From: Candidatus Poribacteria bacterium
GTDB lineage: Bacteria > Poribacteria > WGA-4E > WGA-3G
DNA length: 64,000 bases
Reading direction: 5' to 3'
Assembly (NCBI GenBank): GCA_022394755.1
Contig: JAGFCA010000015.1
Location: forward strand, 44,693-108,692
Position 1 is the stretch's first letter. Every line of letters starts with the position of its first letter. The notes beneath the pieces were generated by a model. The model did not search any database, was not told the origin of the DNA, and saw only the letters and a list, made by a program, of their open reading frames with translations. Shown here piece after piece: positions 1-10,300 of this stretch. A program made the position numbers and the translations under genes.

Positions 1-1323
1 GATTGTCTCATAGCCAGCGATTTCATCATTCTGAAATGTAAGTTTCATCAGAGGTATATTTATATCAACTATATTCCCACTTGAAATGTAAGAGATAGTT
101 CCATTAGTATCGTCAATAGGAATTGTAATGGAAAACGTTTCTACGGTCTTAGTTTTACGATTTATGACCAACCGTCCGATAAATTTGTTCGGAGTTAAAT
201 AGATTGCGTTTAATCGTGTGAGTTGTGTGCTCAGTTCATTCAACCGATGTTCTTGCTTGGTTATAGTTGTAGTAAGTTCTTGTAATTGCTTATCGGAGGT
301 TTGTTTCCATTCCGAAAGTTTAGTATCTAATTCCTTTTTGAGCAAAGCTGTTAGATTCTCTGCCAATTCTGCCTCAAGAGTGGTAATTTGATTGTTAAGT
401 TCTTTTATTAACACAGTTGTTAGATTTTTTGCGAGTTCTTTTTCTATTGTATCAAATTGCTCAGTTAATTGTTTCTGTAATGTGGTAGATAGAGAATCTC
501 TAAACTTAGTAAGCTGTTTATCAAGTTTTTGTTCCAAAGCAGTAAATCGTGTATCCAGTTCTTTAGTTAGGTCATTAAGTTTGAATGTCTTCTGTTTATC
601 TGGTATTTCATCCGCGGATTCTAATTCTACTTTGAGTGAACGAATCTCCTTCTCCTTTTCTTCTAATTCTTCTTTTCCGGATTGAAGGGGTACGTGAAGA
701 GTGCTTGTTTTTCGACGTACAACCTCTGCTTCTATATGTGATATGTCATCCTGATCTGCATCTGCTTTTATAGATGCTATTTTATCTGAAAAATGTTCAA
801 CTTTATCCATCTCTATTTCAGACATAGTAGATAGATTAAAATCGGCATGGAAACGAAAAAGTATTTCGAGTTGTTTTTCGGTTACAGATTTCAGAACTGC
901 ATAGGCACCGCGTTCTCCAGATAAAGAAACAGTCGCCCCTGGATGTAACTGTCTAAGAAAAGGAAGAAGTCTGTCTGCATCAATTTCCCATACTTCCCCG
1001 ACTCTTACCTCTCGTGTTTTTTCCTTTTTGTCAACAATCTCGGTAGGAATAAATGTATGGAAGTCTTTATTTCTATATTCTTGGCTCACTCTTGCTGGAT
1101 TGAGACTTAAAAGAGCAGCAAGAGGTATATATTGAGGTGATTCGTTGATTAAATCTCCAAAATCCGAGTGTGCTGTTAAACTTATTTTAGATTCAGAATC
1201 ATCTGTCAACTCCAACAAGTAAAGGTTTTGCTTTTTAAAAACTGCAGAACTGATGTTAATCGTAATACCCAATAACAATAGCATTATACAACTTAATGAA
1301 ATTATTCTTATTCTATTCAACAT
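1..1323 (-). CDS. Secreted selenoprotein-N (SelN)-like protein with long coiled-coil insertion; 3' end lies outside the window
   Basis: Not in the ORF track. ATG at 1323 with RBS taaggag; 441 open codons run off the window edge. Signal peptide MLNRIRIISLSCIMLLLLGITINISSA. Motifs FLRQLHPGAT, GAYAVLKSV, FRFHADFNL, YLTPNKFIGRLVI and VDINIPLMKL resemble SelN in order. Confidence 0.7.
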   Translation of the reverse strand, partial: MLNRIRIISLSCIMLLLLGITINISSAVFKKQNLYLLELTDDSESKISLTAHSDFGDLINESPQYIPLAALLSLNPARVSQEYRNKDFHTFIPTEIVDKKEKTREVRVGEVWEIDADRLLPFLRQLHPGATVSLSGERGAYAVLKSVTEKQLEILFRFHADFNLSTMSEIEMDKVEHFSDKIASIKADADQDDISHIEAEVVRRKTSTLHVPLQSGKEELEEKEKEIRSLKVELESADEIPDKQKTFKLNDLTKELDTRFTALEQKLDKQLTKFRDSLSTTLQKQLTEQFDTIEKELAKNLTTVLIKELNNQITTLEAELAENLTALLKKELDTKLSEWKQTSDKQLQELTTTITKQEHRLNELSTQLTRLNAIYLTPNKFIGRLVINRKTKTVETFSITIPIDDTNGTISYISSGNIVDINIPLMKLTFQNDEIAGYETI

Positions 1324-1548
1324 TTTTACTCCTTATACTACTACCATTTTTAAAAAATAGTGTTGCATTATATACTTTTTGTGGAATGTAAATCTAATAC
1401 GCCACAAACTAACAGTTTGTGGTACATTAATGAGAGATTTCAATTAGAAATGGTATTACACCGTTTCTAATTGAGAAAATCAAAACGAAGCAAATATGAC
1501 GGGTTTCGCTCCGGTCTACCCGATATACTTACCACGTCCGTTCCCATG

Positions 1549-2412
1549 TTACCGTATTCTCTGTTTAACACGTTGGAATTCAGTAGAATTTGATCGAAGT
1601 CCTTGTTTTTTGGGTAATGTGTTAATCTGAGATGAAATATATTCTATCCGTTCACTATGAATCGGATGAGTGCTGAGCATTTTTTCAACAGTAGTATATT
1701 CTCTTTTACCCATCCCTTGCATTATCTCCCAGAATTGAACAGCCCCTTGAGGATTAATACCAGCATCGTAAAGGATTTGTACCCCAATACTATCCGCATA
1801 TCGTTCATGTTCTCGACTATATCTAAGGAGGAGTAGATCCGTAGCAATTTTATATATTTCATTGGAAACTTTGGCAGTGTCTTTTCCAAGTATAGTCTCT
1901 TTCAAATAATCTACACCGTATCGTTGTGTCATCTGTTTCATCCCATGTCGTCCTACAACATGTCCAATTTCATGACCTATGACCGATGCCAATTGTGATT
2001 CGGTATTTGCCTTTCGGATTAGACCAATATTGATATAAATATATCCTCCAGGAGCCGCGTAAGCGTTAACTATATTCGTATCAATTACTGTAAATGTATA
2101 TCTGATATTACGACGGTTGCTATATCTGACGAGAGTTTGACCAAGTGTATTGATATAGTTTTCTACTATAGGATCATTATATATCTTCTGGTCTTGTATA
2201 TAAAAAGAATGAAAATTAAGACCAAGCTTAAGTTCCTCCTCATCAGAAAACATGTTGACATTACCTATTTCTTCTACAACCTCGTTTCCCACGCGTTCCA
2301 TTTTTTGTAATGTACTAACTCTAACTGTACATCCTGATGTAAAGATAACACAACATAATATAAAAAGGAAGATAATGTGATTCTTAGTATTTTTTCTTGA
2401 AAGGAACATCAT
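1549..2412 (-). CDS. M48-family zinc metalloprotease lipoprotein (BepA/LoiP-like)
   Basis: NAYAAPGG, HEIGH zincin motif, YSREHERYAD, LSTHP; lipobox-like TSGC. Confidence 0.9.
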   Translation of the reverse strand: MMFLSRKNTKNHIIFLFILCCVIFTSGCTVRVSTLQKMERVGNEVVEEIGNVNMFSDEEELKLGLNFHSFYIQDQKIYNDPIVENYINTLGQTLVRYSNRRNIRYTFTVIDTNIVNAYAAPGGYIYINIGLIRKANTESQLASVIGHEIGHVVGRHGMKQMTQRYGVDYLKETILGKDTAKVSNEIYKIATDLLLLRYSREHERYADSIGVQILYDAGINPQGAVQFWEIMQGMGKREYTTVEKMLSTHPIHSERIEYISSQINTLPKKQGLRSNSTEFQRVKQRIR

Positions 2413-2538
2413 ATAACTTAAGCGATCTCCATCTAATCTATTTAAGCATTATGGTTAAATTATTAGAAATTACTTTAAGTTCATTATACGTGATATTATT
2501 AGGAATCAGAGGAAATTAACTTAACTGTCGAATAGAGG

Positions 2539-3110
2539 TTACTTTACGCTTAAGGTGCCTTCTATTCCAATTACCTTCAAATCTTTTGTCAAAAACCATC
2601 CCATCTCAATATTATCTACTACCTCTAACTCAAATGTTATTATATAATCACCAGGTTTGTTTATGAAATTAGATATATCCTTTTCATCAATGATTTGGTT
2701 GGATTCATTTGTATTTACTTCCCCAATTACCTCTTTTTCAATTAGCATACTATTATTGATAGATATTGTTAGAAAAGCACCGGTACGAGATTTCTCTTGT
2801 ATTATTTCATATATTGTAGTCTAATTTTAGATCGCAACACTTCTTTAACAGTCAATTGTAATAAAATCTTTCCACCATTAGGTTCCCAATAATATCCTTC
2901 CTTCATACCTTGAATATCTTCAGCTTGATTATTCGTACCTTCAATTTTCTGAATAGACGAATTAGTTTGCATCTCTACTAATGTATTTATCTCATTTTTA
3001 GAATTACAACTTGTGACTATAATAATTACAATGATTAGTATTAGGACTCGATACATATAATTTGAAAACCATCTTTTTTTATTAGGTTTTATAGTTTTTA
3101 ATCCTTTCAC
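2539..3110 (-). pseudogene. Probable disrupted hypothetical lipoprotein (two fragments in different frames)
   Basis: ORF 2802..3110 has lipobox VTSC. The frame of ORF 2539..2748 stays open upstream to about 2820 and overlaps the end of the first ORF. Confidence 0.35.
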
Positions 3111-3169
3111 TCTAATTTAGATCTACATACTTGATTATATGATATTTGTGAAAGGAGGATTAATTACAG

Positions 3170-3530
3170 CGTATCTCATAACTACGAATCGTGCGTTTTT
3201 TGTAAATTCCTTTTTCGTATGGGCGGGGTTTCCCCGCCGGTGTATCAATATATAATGCATGGAAAGATCCAAGATTCTTCCAAATATTTAATTTATGAGA
3301 TTGGCTCTATAAACATTCCGTCCCTACGGGACTCAAGAATATTTGTTTAGAGTTTTTCTATAAACATTCCGTCCCTACGGGACTCAAGAGTATCAACATC
3401 GTATCACATAAATACGAATCGTGCGTTTTTTGTAAATTCCTTTTTCGTATGGACAGGGTTTCCCGCAGTTGTATTAATATATAATGCATGGAAAGATCCA
3501 AGATTCTTCCAAATATTTGATTTATGAGAT
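3170..3530. repeat. Direct duplication of ~130 bp enclosing two copies of the GAGTCCCGTAGGGACGGAATGTTTATAG hairpin repeat (minus strand)
   Basis: 3170..3301 matches 3400..3530; hairpin copies at 3307..3338 and 3358..3389. Confidence 0.9.
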
Positions 3531-4169
3531 AAGCTCTAGTTTGAATCAATATTATACACAGTATAGGGTATGTAAAGATTTTGGTATTAATATCGTATTT
3601 TGCATGTGTATATTTTATAGATTACAGTTTTTGGCTTTCAGTATACAGTGTACAGTTGTATTAAATCTAAGCTATTACATTTTAAGATGATTTTATCGTT
3701 TTTCCTACTTAGTATATTTTATTAGATATGTGAGAAAATGTTACACTTTTCCTACAAAGTGTAGGATTGTTTCTTATTACTACACTGCCTTTCCTATTAG
3801 TCCCTGTCTGGGTTTGTAAACGAATTAAACCTTAATTTCTAAATTTTAAAAAAGTAACAAATTTGTAGTTTCCGTTGATGAGCGATGACCCTGTTTTTAC
3901 TATTAATATTCTCATAATATAATATTTATCGGCAGATTCACTCCAGAAAAATCAGGTTATTTAATTTGATTATAATATACTTTATTATACTACTATATAT
4001 GATGATAATTCTCTATATGTGATTGTAATGTGTATTTATTATTATGTCAATGTATGTTTATTTATATGATATAAGTTGCTTTTTCCTTTATTTTATTCAA
4101 TTTATTTTATGTATTAGGCATGTTGTTGTCTGAAAGACTGACTGTCGACTGCAATTTCTTCTTATGTAA

Positions 4170-4568
4170 GAATCTCGGATTACAGGGAGAAGAAGATTTG
4201 GTTAGGGATGTTTTTCTTTTCTGAATCTCGGATCATACAGGATTATGCGGAGAAGCGGTCTTGCTCCATTTATTGTTAGATCCCCGAATCTGAATAGGAA
4301 TTCACAGATTTCGCCCTCGAATCAGAATCAGGAATCAGGAATCAAGGTATGAATGTCCTATGGCATTCCTCAGGTATGAATGTCATTTAGACATACCAGG
4401 GCTACCCTTTATATTATCCAAAAATCACTTTTGGAATTAGATTCTCGGGGAAAAATGTCGTAAATGCCATTACCCTTTGAACTTTGGTTGTATCCTCTAT
4501 GAAATTTCTCAAACAATTGTAAGTATAAAAATACACTGTTGTAAAGTGCTAAAAACTTTACACACCCC
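4170..4568. repeat. Mosaic of dispersed intergenic repeats (MITE-like end, GGAATGCC..GGCATTC hairpin, AATCCGCGATTC family)
   Basis: Reverse complement of 4485..4568 matches 43618..43700 and 23681..23745. Reverse complement of 4170..4265 matches 43890..43985. Confidence 0.75.
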
Positions 4569-4591
4569 TCAATATACAGTCCTACTGTTCA

Positions 4592-4996
4592 TCATTCCAA
4601 TACAACAGTTGGACCGAGTGTGACATTAACTAATACAGTTTTTGTGGCAGTAATCATTCCATCAGTAACTTTAAGAGTAATTGTATAATTACCAGGATTC
4701 TTTGGGGCAACAAATGTAACACTTGCGGAATCACCAATTATTCTTCCACCAGTTGTTGTCCAATTGTACCCTATCATTCTTACATTTCCACTATATACGA
4801 CGGTTGAAATTATTGTAGCAGTATTCTCAATTTCTATTGAATCAGGTTCAACAGTTAATGAGCCAATTTCAATGATGTCTTCCGGTTTTAATTCTTGTGT
4901 ATCTTCACATCCATAAATTAATACGATTGTTAATAACAGTACTTTTAAACAATGATAGGTATTACAATTTAATTGTCTATTACTTTTGTTTCTCAT
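4592..4996 (-). CDS. Lipoprotein with PKD/Ig-like domain
   Basis: Lipobox LIYGC; YNWTTTGG...VTFVAP..PGNYTITLKVTDG pattern. Confidence 0.75.
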   Translation of the reverse strand: MRNKSNRQLNCNTYHCLKVLLLTIVLIYGCEDTQELKPEDIIEIGSLTVEPDSIEIENTATIISTVVYSGNVRMIGYNWTTTGGRIIGDSASVTFVAPKNPGNYTITLKVTDGMITATKTVLVNVTLGPTVVLE

Positions 4997-5245
4997 GTAT
5001 CTCCTCTATCAATGAATCCATCTAAATATTGTCATTTGTAGTAGCTCGTTTCACCTTTAGTATATAATTAAAATATATATATTTCAATGAATAATTATTT
5101 ACATTATATTGTAGATAAATTTCTGGAACGAAGGTAGACAATCGACTACTTACAATTCGAATCCGTAATTTATCATACCTAATCTATAAATAACAGTATA
5201 ATGAATTAGTTATTCTTATGAAGTTTTTTGAATATCCTGTAACAG

Positions 5246-5274
5246 AAAAAGCGAGGAAGTGAAACTTCCTCGCT
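5246..5274 (-). terminator. Intrinsic terminator of the surface-protein operon
   Basis: AGCGAGGAAGT-ttc-ACTTCCTCGCT followed by a T-tract on the minus strand. Confidence 0.85.
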
Positions 5275-5329
5275 GTAAACAATTGAAATTACAATTTCTT
5301 TTCTACTAATGAGATTGTATCAAACTGAA

Positions 5330-6199
5330 CTATTCTCCACTTCGTCCACCGATAGAACTCAGAACGAACCAACCCACACCTGCTGCTACAGTAGTGACAA
5401 ATGCAAGCGTACGTTTTGTTGAAGAGGGTTCTTCATGGATACCCTTGGCATTTTTAAGGTATATATTCAGTTCTTTAAGAGCTTCTTGATTCATTTCAAT
5501 CTGTTTCAACAAATTCTCATTGTTTTGTTCAATAGATGCAATTTTTCCTTTAATCGCTTCAATTGCAGAATTCTTTTCAGTAATCAACTTCTCTAAACCA
5601 TTGACATTACGATTAACTTGGTTAAGTTTCTTTTGTAATGCTTCTTGTGTAGTAGCAAGTTCTATTCTTACAATAGAAGTCAATGCTTCGGATGAAACCT
5701 TTTCTGCTTCTTTCAGTTGCATATCTTTGGATTTTAATTCCTTTTCAAGGGCTGCAACCTTAGATTGAATTTTCTTGAGATCTTCCATAAGCTTTTTTAG
5801 TTCTTTCTCAGCATTCTCAAGTAACTCTTTAGTCGCTTTGGCTTCTTCATTTGAAGCTGCCAACTCATCATTAAGATTTCTGCCTTCATCATTCAAATCT
5901 TCACCCATATCCTTAGCCAGAGATACAGGTATTCGTAATCTCTCACCTGGATAAATAAGATCTGGATTAGAGAAGTCATTATACTTTTTCAATTCCGGCC
6001 ATTTTGTAGGATCTTTCAAATATTCTTGACATAGATCCCACAATGTATCACCTTTCTTAATAGTGATTAACGTAGTTTCTTCTTCTGTCTCCTTAGGAGT
6101 AATCCTTGCGGAGGCAGATAGGACATAAACACCAGTAAGAGCAACACAGATATAGAGAACCAGTGTCAATTTTAGAGTGTTTTTAATAAAAGTCATCAT
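5330..6199 (-). CDS. LysM peptidoglycan-binding protein with long coiled coil and C-terminal TM helix
   Basis: Signal peptide; LysM ITIKKGDTLWDL...NPDLIYPGERLRIP; heptad-rich middle; hydrophobic C-terminus TLAFVTTVAAGVGWFVL. Confidence 0.9.
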   Translation of the reverse strand: MMTFIKNTLKLTLVLYICVALTGVYVLSASARITPKETEEETTLITIKKGDTLWDLCQEYLKDPTKWPELKKYNDFSNPDLIYPGERLRIPVSLAKDMGEDLNDEGRNLNDELAASNEEAKATKELLENAEKELKKLMEDLKKIQSKVAALEKELKSKDMQLKEAEKVSSEALTSIVRIELATTQEALQKKLNQVNRNVNGLEKLITEKNSAIEAIKGKIASIEQNNENLLKQIEMNQEALKELNIYLKNAKGIHEEPSSTKRTLAFVTTVAAGVGWFVLSSIGGRSGE

Positions 6200-6216
6200 A
6201 ATTCTCCCTATTGGCG

Positions 6217-7230
6217 TTAAAATTCATAGGAGACGGAAACATAATGCGTACTTCCAGCTCCATTGATTTCACTTGCCATACCGTCTTGTATAGCGTAGTC
6301 AACCTGCAGTCCAGCAATATTAACCCCAAATCCACCATAAAGTGTTTGTACATCACGTGATGCTTTCATTCCAGCACGTAAAGCAAAATTGGTTGATCTG
6401 TTAGTGAAAAGGTTATATTCAACACCACCACGGAGGCTGGTTGCACTTTCATCAAGATTAACGAATTCCTGTTCTATATCAGCGGCAAATGTAACAACAT
6501 TCCCCATATATAGATCATAAGCCACACCTACATTCACTACCATTGGCACAGTTGCTTCACCGATAGATGCCCCAAGGTATTTAGCAACAAGACCGTAATG
6601 GAATGTTGGAACCATAGATTCATGATGATTATTATGAATCGCTTGTCCCATCATATCATCAGCGACCTCAATTTCAAATGCATGACCCATAATACCAATA
6701 TCCACACCACCTAAACCACTTTGGTTTTCAACACTATCAACACCAAAATTATCAGATAACATACGACCCGTTAGACCGATATTGAAGTGTCCAATAGCTA
6801 TACCATATGAGAGTGAATATGCATTTGAACTATAGTCTGCTGTTCCACCATAAGTAGCTGATGAATCGTATACATTATAATTAGCAACTCCGTAATTAGT
6901 TGCTGCTAATCCAACTGATCCGTATGAACCCAGCGTTTTTGTAATAGCTATAAAATTATGACTTCTATCAAGTGAAAGTCTTTGAGTAGAAAAATTCAGG
7001 CTTAGATCAGCCGCAGAACCGAGTCCGGCGGGATTCCAGACAGTCGCTGTGGCATCTTCTGCTATTGCTGTAAATGCGCCACCTAAACCGATAGAACGTG
7101 CACCGGCACCGAGGCGTAAGTGAGGCATAGCGTTAACCTCTCCCTCAGCAAAACAGACAGGCGATATAGCCATGATAAGTAATAATACGGGTATAACACC
7201 GTATAGCAATTTTTGCTTTGTAGTAGACAT
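6217..7230 (-). CDS. PorV/PorQ (UPF0164/FadL-like) outer-membrane beta-barrel
   Basis: Signature LRLGAGARSIGLGGAFTAIAEDATATVWNPAGL; C-terminal beta-signal HYVSVSYEF. Confidence 0.88.
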   Translation of the reverse strand: MSTTKQKLLYGVIPVLLLIMAISPVCFAEGEVNAMPHLRLGAGARSIGLGGAFTAIAEDATATVWNPAGLGSAADLSLNFSTQRLSLDRSHNFIAITKTLGSYGSVGLAATNYGVANYNVYDSSATYGGTADYSSNAYSLSYGIAIGHFNIGLTGRMLSDNFGVDSVENQSGLGGVDIGIMGHAFEIEVADDMMGQAIHNNHHESMVPTFHYGLVAKYLGASIGEATVPMVVNVGVAYDLYMGNVVTFAADIEQEFVNLDESATSLRGGVEYNLFTNRSTNFALRAGMKASRDVQTLYGGFGVNIAGLQVDYAIQDGMASEINGAGSTHYVSVSYEF

Positions 7231-7246
7231 TAATTAATATCCTCCT

Positions 7247-7300
7247 TGGTAGCCGTTATCGAAAGTCGGACATAGAGTCCAACTTTCGATTTACGGACCA
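7247..7300 (-). other. Long intercistronic stem-loop without U-tract
   Basis: ATCGAAAGTCGGAC-ataga-GTCCAACTTTCGAT (7258..7290), extendable by CCGT/ACGG and TGGT/ACCA. Confidence 0.7.
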
Positions 7301-7308
7301 TCATTTAC

Positions 7309-10300
7309 TTAGCGCGTCAGTGCGAGCTTTAGTATGGCGAATTCAGGCTCAATACCATCATTCACTTCTATTTGACAGAAATAGATACCACGAGCCAAGT
7401 CTTCACCACCGCTGGATTTACCATCCCAACCGATAGCGTTAGAACCAGCACCGGCAGGATTCTTAGTATAGTTTCCAGCTTCCATTACTTCATTATCCAC
7501 AAGGACTCTGACTGGACGTAATGTAGAATCAAATATTGTGATACTAACATTTGCCCTTCGTGCTAACACAAGAGAGATCCGAGTGTCTTTACTGAATGGA
7601 TTTGGATAGTTGAAGGGTGCTGCCCACATAATTGGTACATCTCCACGCTCGACAAAGAAACTAAACTCATATACAGCAGTGTTTGGTTCTCGAGCACCTT
7701 TAGTTTTTTCTGAGACATTACCTTGTTGATGTGCGTTATCAGACACTTCTAACTTGACTACATATTTCCCAGGTTCTAAGTCAGCAGGTGGTGTATAATT
7801 CACCTGTGATGCGGACTTCTGCTTAGATGTTAGGTTAATCAATTGATCATTGAAGACAAACCTAATAGAATCAACATTGATTCCTGTTCCAGCATCAGAA
7901 TAGGCTATCGAAATATTAGGTTTACGTTCTTCATCATGTTTATATGTCAAACGAGAACCATTCTGTGGCGATGCCATTGTGATGATAGGAGCAGCGGTAT
8001 CAAAGGAAACAGTAAAACTACCTTTAGCAGTAGAGGAATTACCGTATCCATCAGTTGCTCGAACACTAATCGTGTATGTTCCTTCTTCAAGAGGAGCTTC
8101 AGGATTAAAGTCTAAGCGTGTAATACCTTCATTGGCTCTATCTTCACTGTCGTCAGAAGACTCGCCTTTTACCTCTTCACCACTACTATCCATTACAGTA
8201 ATGGATATTTCTTCTACACCTGTGTCATCAGTAGCACTCGCCGATATAGTCGGGAGTCCAGCATGAACTGTACCAGCAGGTGTAATGTGTGAAATGGTTG
8301 GCGGAGCTTGATCTACTTCAACAGTGAAAGTCCATCTAAATTCTTTAGAACCACCTTCACTCTCAACAATCAATGTTATTGAATGTGTACCTGCTGAGAA
8401 ACTATGTGTAACTTCAAACTTATTACCTGCATGGTCTACAGGATAAGAATGAGTTGGTGCAGTATCATCAATTAGGTATTTTACACTCAATAGATCTGAC
8501 TCAGGATCAGAGATATCAGCGGAGATTGTTACTCCCATATCTTCTGCAGCAACGTCTGCTTTATTCAAGCGAACGACTCCAGTTGGAGAATTTGCTGAGA
8601 TTACAGGAGGAGTATTATCTTTAGTCACTGAGAAAACGACCGTAGCCTCTGCTGTCTTCTTATTTGCATCAGTTACTTCAACAACAACAGTGTGTTCGCC
8701 TACACCTAATGTTGGATCAGGTGTATAGGTAAGTTGGTTATCTTCCACTTCACCATCGGCATCTTCACCATTTATTGTAAATGTAGTAACATCAACATCT
8801 GTTGAACCCATGAATTTTGCCCTAATCACTGGAGCACCATGATCATAGATTTGACCAGAAGCAGGTGAAAGGATTGAAACAGACGGTCCGGGAATATCAA
8901 CTGTAAAGACAGTTGTAGCCTGAGCAGTCTTGCCATTAGCATCAGTTACTTCAACTGAAATTGTATGGTCACCATGTGCTAATGCTTCAGCAAGGTCATG
9001 TGTAAATTGATTTCCATCTACCTTGACTTCTGCATCTTCACCATTAATAGAGAGTTTAACTTCTACTGGTACAACACCAGTGAATTCTCCAGCGACTACA
9101 GGTGAACCATTATTATAGGTAAGTCCAGCTGCAGGCGATTGAATTGAAACGGTAGGTTCAGGTAATCTAACCGTAAACACTGTAGTTGCTTTGTCAGTTT
9201 TCCCATTAGGATCAACAACATTGGCAACGATAGTGTAATCACCATCACCAATACCATCAGCAGGTGTATATGTAAATTCATTACCATCTACCACTACTTC
9301 AATTTCTACATCGTTAACAGTTACTGTTAATTCTACAGGATCAACACCTGTAAATTCACCGCGTAGAACCGGTTTTCCATGATCAAATAATTGACCTGAA
9401 GCAGGTGAATGTATTGCGACAGTAGGACCAGGAATCACAACAGAGAATACTACTGTAGCATCATCTGTCTTACCGTTAGCATCTGTAATTGTAGCAACCA
9501 ATGTATATTCACCATCACCTAATGCTGGATCAGGTGTATAACTCATTGAGCCTTCTGCTACCTCAACTGCTTCTCCATTAATCGTTAGAGCAAGGGAGAC
9601 TGGTTCGGCAACACCAGAGTAATCTAACAAGACTTCTGGAGATCCATGATCATACTCTTGTCCTGCAGCAGGTGATATAATAGCAATAGATGGTCCAGGA
9701 ATATCAACTGTGAAAGTTATAGATGACTGTGAAGTTAAACCACTTCCATCAGTAACCTCAACATCAACAGTATACTCTCCATCACCTAACGCATTAGCAG
9801 GTGTATATGAGAAGTTATTCCCATCAACTACTGCTTCCATATCTTCACCGTTGATAGTGAACTTAGAGATATTTACATCTCCACCACCGGCAAAGAAACC
9901 AGTTACTCTTGTAGGACTATGATCAAAGGATTGACCTGCAGCGGGGGCAGTAATAACAACCGTTGGATCTAAGCCTTCAACAGCAAATGAGGTAGAAGCT
10001 TCACCAATATTACCTAAACTATCTGAAACCTTAACTGTAAACTTATAAGCACCACCAGCAAGTTTATCTGTGCGTGTGTAAACGACAGAATCAATATCTT
10101 GCTCAACCATTGCTTGGTCAATAGTGATGGAAATCTCTTCTTGAGATTCATCACTTGGTCGAATTCTTGCTAAGCTTACAGATGTTGTATTCTCAGAACT
10201 TACACCAACCCCCAATTCACCATCATTGTAACCTGCTTGTAGGGTTGGCAAGTCATTGACTGTTGACCCTTCAGTTGGTGTTACAAAATCAATCATTGGA

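Noticed and set aside
392-685. ORF 392..685 (+) and the many short ORFs antisense to long genes
   Set aside because: Shadow frames of real genes on the opposite strand; 392..685 is antisense to the SelN-like coiled coil.
4589-4594. Selenocysteine read-through at tandem TGA TGA
   Set aside because: No redox motif context or evident SECIS, and the downstream sequence runs into a MITE end.
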